Positions 47,171-48,617 of a DNA stretch of 48,617 nucleotides are shown in pieces. Every line of letters begins with the position of its first letter. The first letter of the stretch is position 1. The position numbers and the translations under genes are program-made. The notes beneath the pieces were generated by a model. It saw only the letters and a program-made list of their open reading frames with translations. It was not told where the DNA came from and did no database searches. The DNA lies in assembly GCA_016215205.1 (NCBI GenBank), contig JACRKU010000029.1, positions 1-48,617 of the forward strand, in the 5' to 3' direction. The stretch comes from Candidatus Yonathbacteria bacterium. GTDB lineage: Bacteria; Patescibacteriota; Minisyncoccia; Phycocordibacterales; UBA1550.

Positions 47171-47818
47171 ATGCTTGTGAATCGTCCAGAGAATGAAGAG
47201 GAGCTACAAAAACGAGAAGCTGTCGGTGTAATACGAGCTTCTCGCTTTGTTCGTAGGTATGCACAGTCGCATAAGGAAATAACAGTAGCTACGATTTGTG
47301 CAATTCATAAAGAAATTTTTACAGAAGCATGGCCAGAGATAGCAGGAGTATATAGAGATGAAGAACTTTCAATTACTGACTCAGATTTGCTTTTGCCACA
47401 TCCTACTGAAGTGCTCGATCTTATGAAAGAACTTGATGTTCTGCTTAAAATTCATCTTGCTGAGCTTGAAGGGTGCGAAGGGCATATTCTTAATTTCCAA
47501 GTGGAAGTTACCGAGGAGGGACTCCTGTGTGTTGAAAGATTAATAAAGACGACCGCGTGGCTTCATCATGCAATCACAGCAATCCACCCGTTTCGAGAAG
47601 GGAACGGGAGAACCGCGCGACTTGCGGGTAATTTAATTCTTGAGCGTTATGGTCTCGTTGGTATTTCGGTAAAGATTGAAAAAGAAAACAAAAATGGATA
47701 TCGCAAAGCTTTGGCGCAAATAGATAAACGTGAGGATTATGAACCACTTGAGGCCATTATCTCGGACGGCATCATTGATAGATATCACGGTGTTGCGGTG
47801 AAGTATTACAATGCATAA
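47171..47818 (+). CDS. Fic-domain protein (canonical AMPylation motif)
   Basis: HPFREGNGRTAR; ICAIHKEI..AGVYRD. Confidence 0.92.
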   Translation: MLVNRPENEEELQKREAVGVIRASRFVRRYAQSHKEITVATICAIHKEIFTEAWPEIAGVYRDEELSITDSDLLLPHPTEVLDLMKELDVLLKIHLAELEGCEGHILNFQVEVTEEGLLCVERLIKTTAWLHHAITAIHPFREGNGRTARLAGNLILERYGLVGISVKIEKENKNGYRKALAQIDKREDYEPLEAIISDGIIDRYHGVAVKYYNA

Positions 47819-47854
47819 TGACGAAAAATATTGAGAATCAAAAAGGGCTCTTTG

Positions 47855-47930
47855 GGTGATTGGGCGGAGGTATTGTTTTAGTCACAAAAAGATTGAAGAG
47901 TGGAGGAAAGGGAAGCTGAATAAGGGTTAA
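47855..47930 (+). pseudogene. Decayed second trmD 3' end (contains repeat copy 2)
   Basis: Encodes EVLF../HKKIEEWRKGKLNKG*; 47883-47904 repeats 46880-46901. Confidence 0.6.
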
Positions 47931-47971
47931 ATATTGTTTGCCGTTATTTTTACGTTTGATATACTTATCCT

Positions 47972-48331
47972 ATGAAAAAAGCTGTAGCCAAAAAAGTAAC
48001 GATTGACGATTTGGCAGTGATGATGACCAAGGGTTTTAGTGATGTAAATAAGAAGATTGATAAGGATATAGATAACCTGGCTATTATGGTAGCAAAGGGT
48101 TTTGGAAGAGTTGACGAGAGGTTTAATAAAGTCGACGAGAGGTTTGATAAGGTTGACGAGAGAATTGACAAAGTTGAAAAAGATATTGCGGAAATGAAAG
48201 AAAATCTTGCGTCTACTCGTATGGATGTATTAGGTGTTGGGGATAAATTTGTTTCCATTTCCAGACATGATTTCAATTAGCATTTGATTCGCTTTAGCCT
48301 CTTAGAGCAAAAAGTTAAAGCAAAGAAGTAG
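47972..48331 (+). CDS. Heptad-repeat coiled-coil protein, interrupted by in-frame TAG at 48278-80
   Basis: 3 x 21-nt repeats (48110-48172, VDERFNK/VDERFDK/VDERIDK); the frame continues past the TAG as HLIRFSLLEQKVKAKK*. Confidence 0.65.
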
Positions 48332-48371
48332 AGTTACAAAAGGGTATCTGACCCCGTTTACCGTTTACGTT

Positions 48372-48495
48372 TATATGCGCCGCATCCCGGCGCACTTTTG
48401 GCGTGTTGGGGTTTTGTGAGTATGTCATATTTCCATTGTATGTATCGCGTCCAAGCTATTGAACCATTACGAAAGCATGAATAAGTTCACATACA
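48372..48495 (-). mobile_element. Possible truncated IS481-like transposon end plus first ~17 codons
   Basis: TGTATGT end at 48495 with an inverted copy at 48437-43; ATG 48428 reads MTYSQNPNTPKVRRDAA, reminiscent of CPR IS481-like transposase N-termini. Confidence 0.35.
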
Positions 48496-48617
48496 TATGA
48501 GAATTCTCTCTGGCCTAAAAACTGGCAAAAATGAGGATTTTCAACAAGTTCCAGAATACCCAAGGATTCATTTCCACGTATACTCATATTCTAAAAACAA
48601 GGAATATGAACGAAGAA

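Noticed and set aside
46692-47264. 190-aa minus-strand ORF across trmD/Fic
   Set aside because: Overlaps three supported + strand genes and has no motif.
47156-48280. Alternative genetic code (code 25) explaining the internal stops
   Set aside because: The interrupting stops are TAA and TAG, not TGA, and housekeeping genes translate fully under code 11.
48603-48617. Possible gene start (ATGAACGAAGAA) at the window end
   Set aside because: Too little sequence to support a call.

Overview
48.6 kb bacterial window most consistent with a Patescibacteria (Parcubacteria/CPR) genome. This taxonomy is inferred from the minimal F-type ATP synthase subunits, short AlaRS, DUF5659-like gene and pervasive -10-box/leaderless gene starts; standard genetic code. 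Positions ~167-12112 are an integrated ~11.9 kb element. It has a leftward module (winged-helix regulator, small ORF, DUF5659-like, Rep-like, 10-bp repeat arrays, TerS-like HTH, large serine recombinase) and a rightward defence-like operon (HTH_17, type III RM mod/res, membrane KAP NTPase). The recombinase gene crosses the left boundary, and its missing C-terminal 31 codons appear to sit in frame at the far right boundary (shared CCAC core), so excision would rebuild the gene. No capsid, large terminase or conjugation genes are present, so it resembles a phage satellite. The rest is mostly housekeeping (PIN-PhoH, atpBEFHAGDC, udg, ychF, leuS, mltG, mnmA, alaS, khpA, trmD). It is punctuated by small toxin-antitoxin-like cassettes (orphan MazF inside the atp operon, HicB/HicA-like pair, in-frame split Fic flanked by a duplicated trmD 3' end), a kinase-less Cache-PAS sensor next to an orphan binding protein, long loop-less palindromes and AAGTNNA heptamer arrays. 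No CRISPR array, rRNA or intact tRNA was seen. All family assignments come from motif recognition, not database searches.
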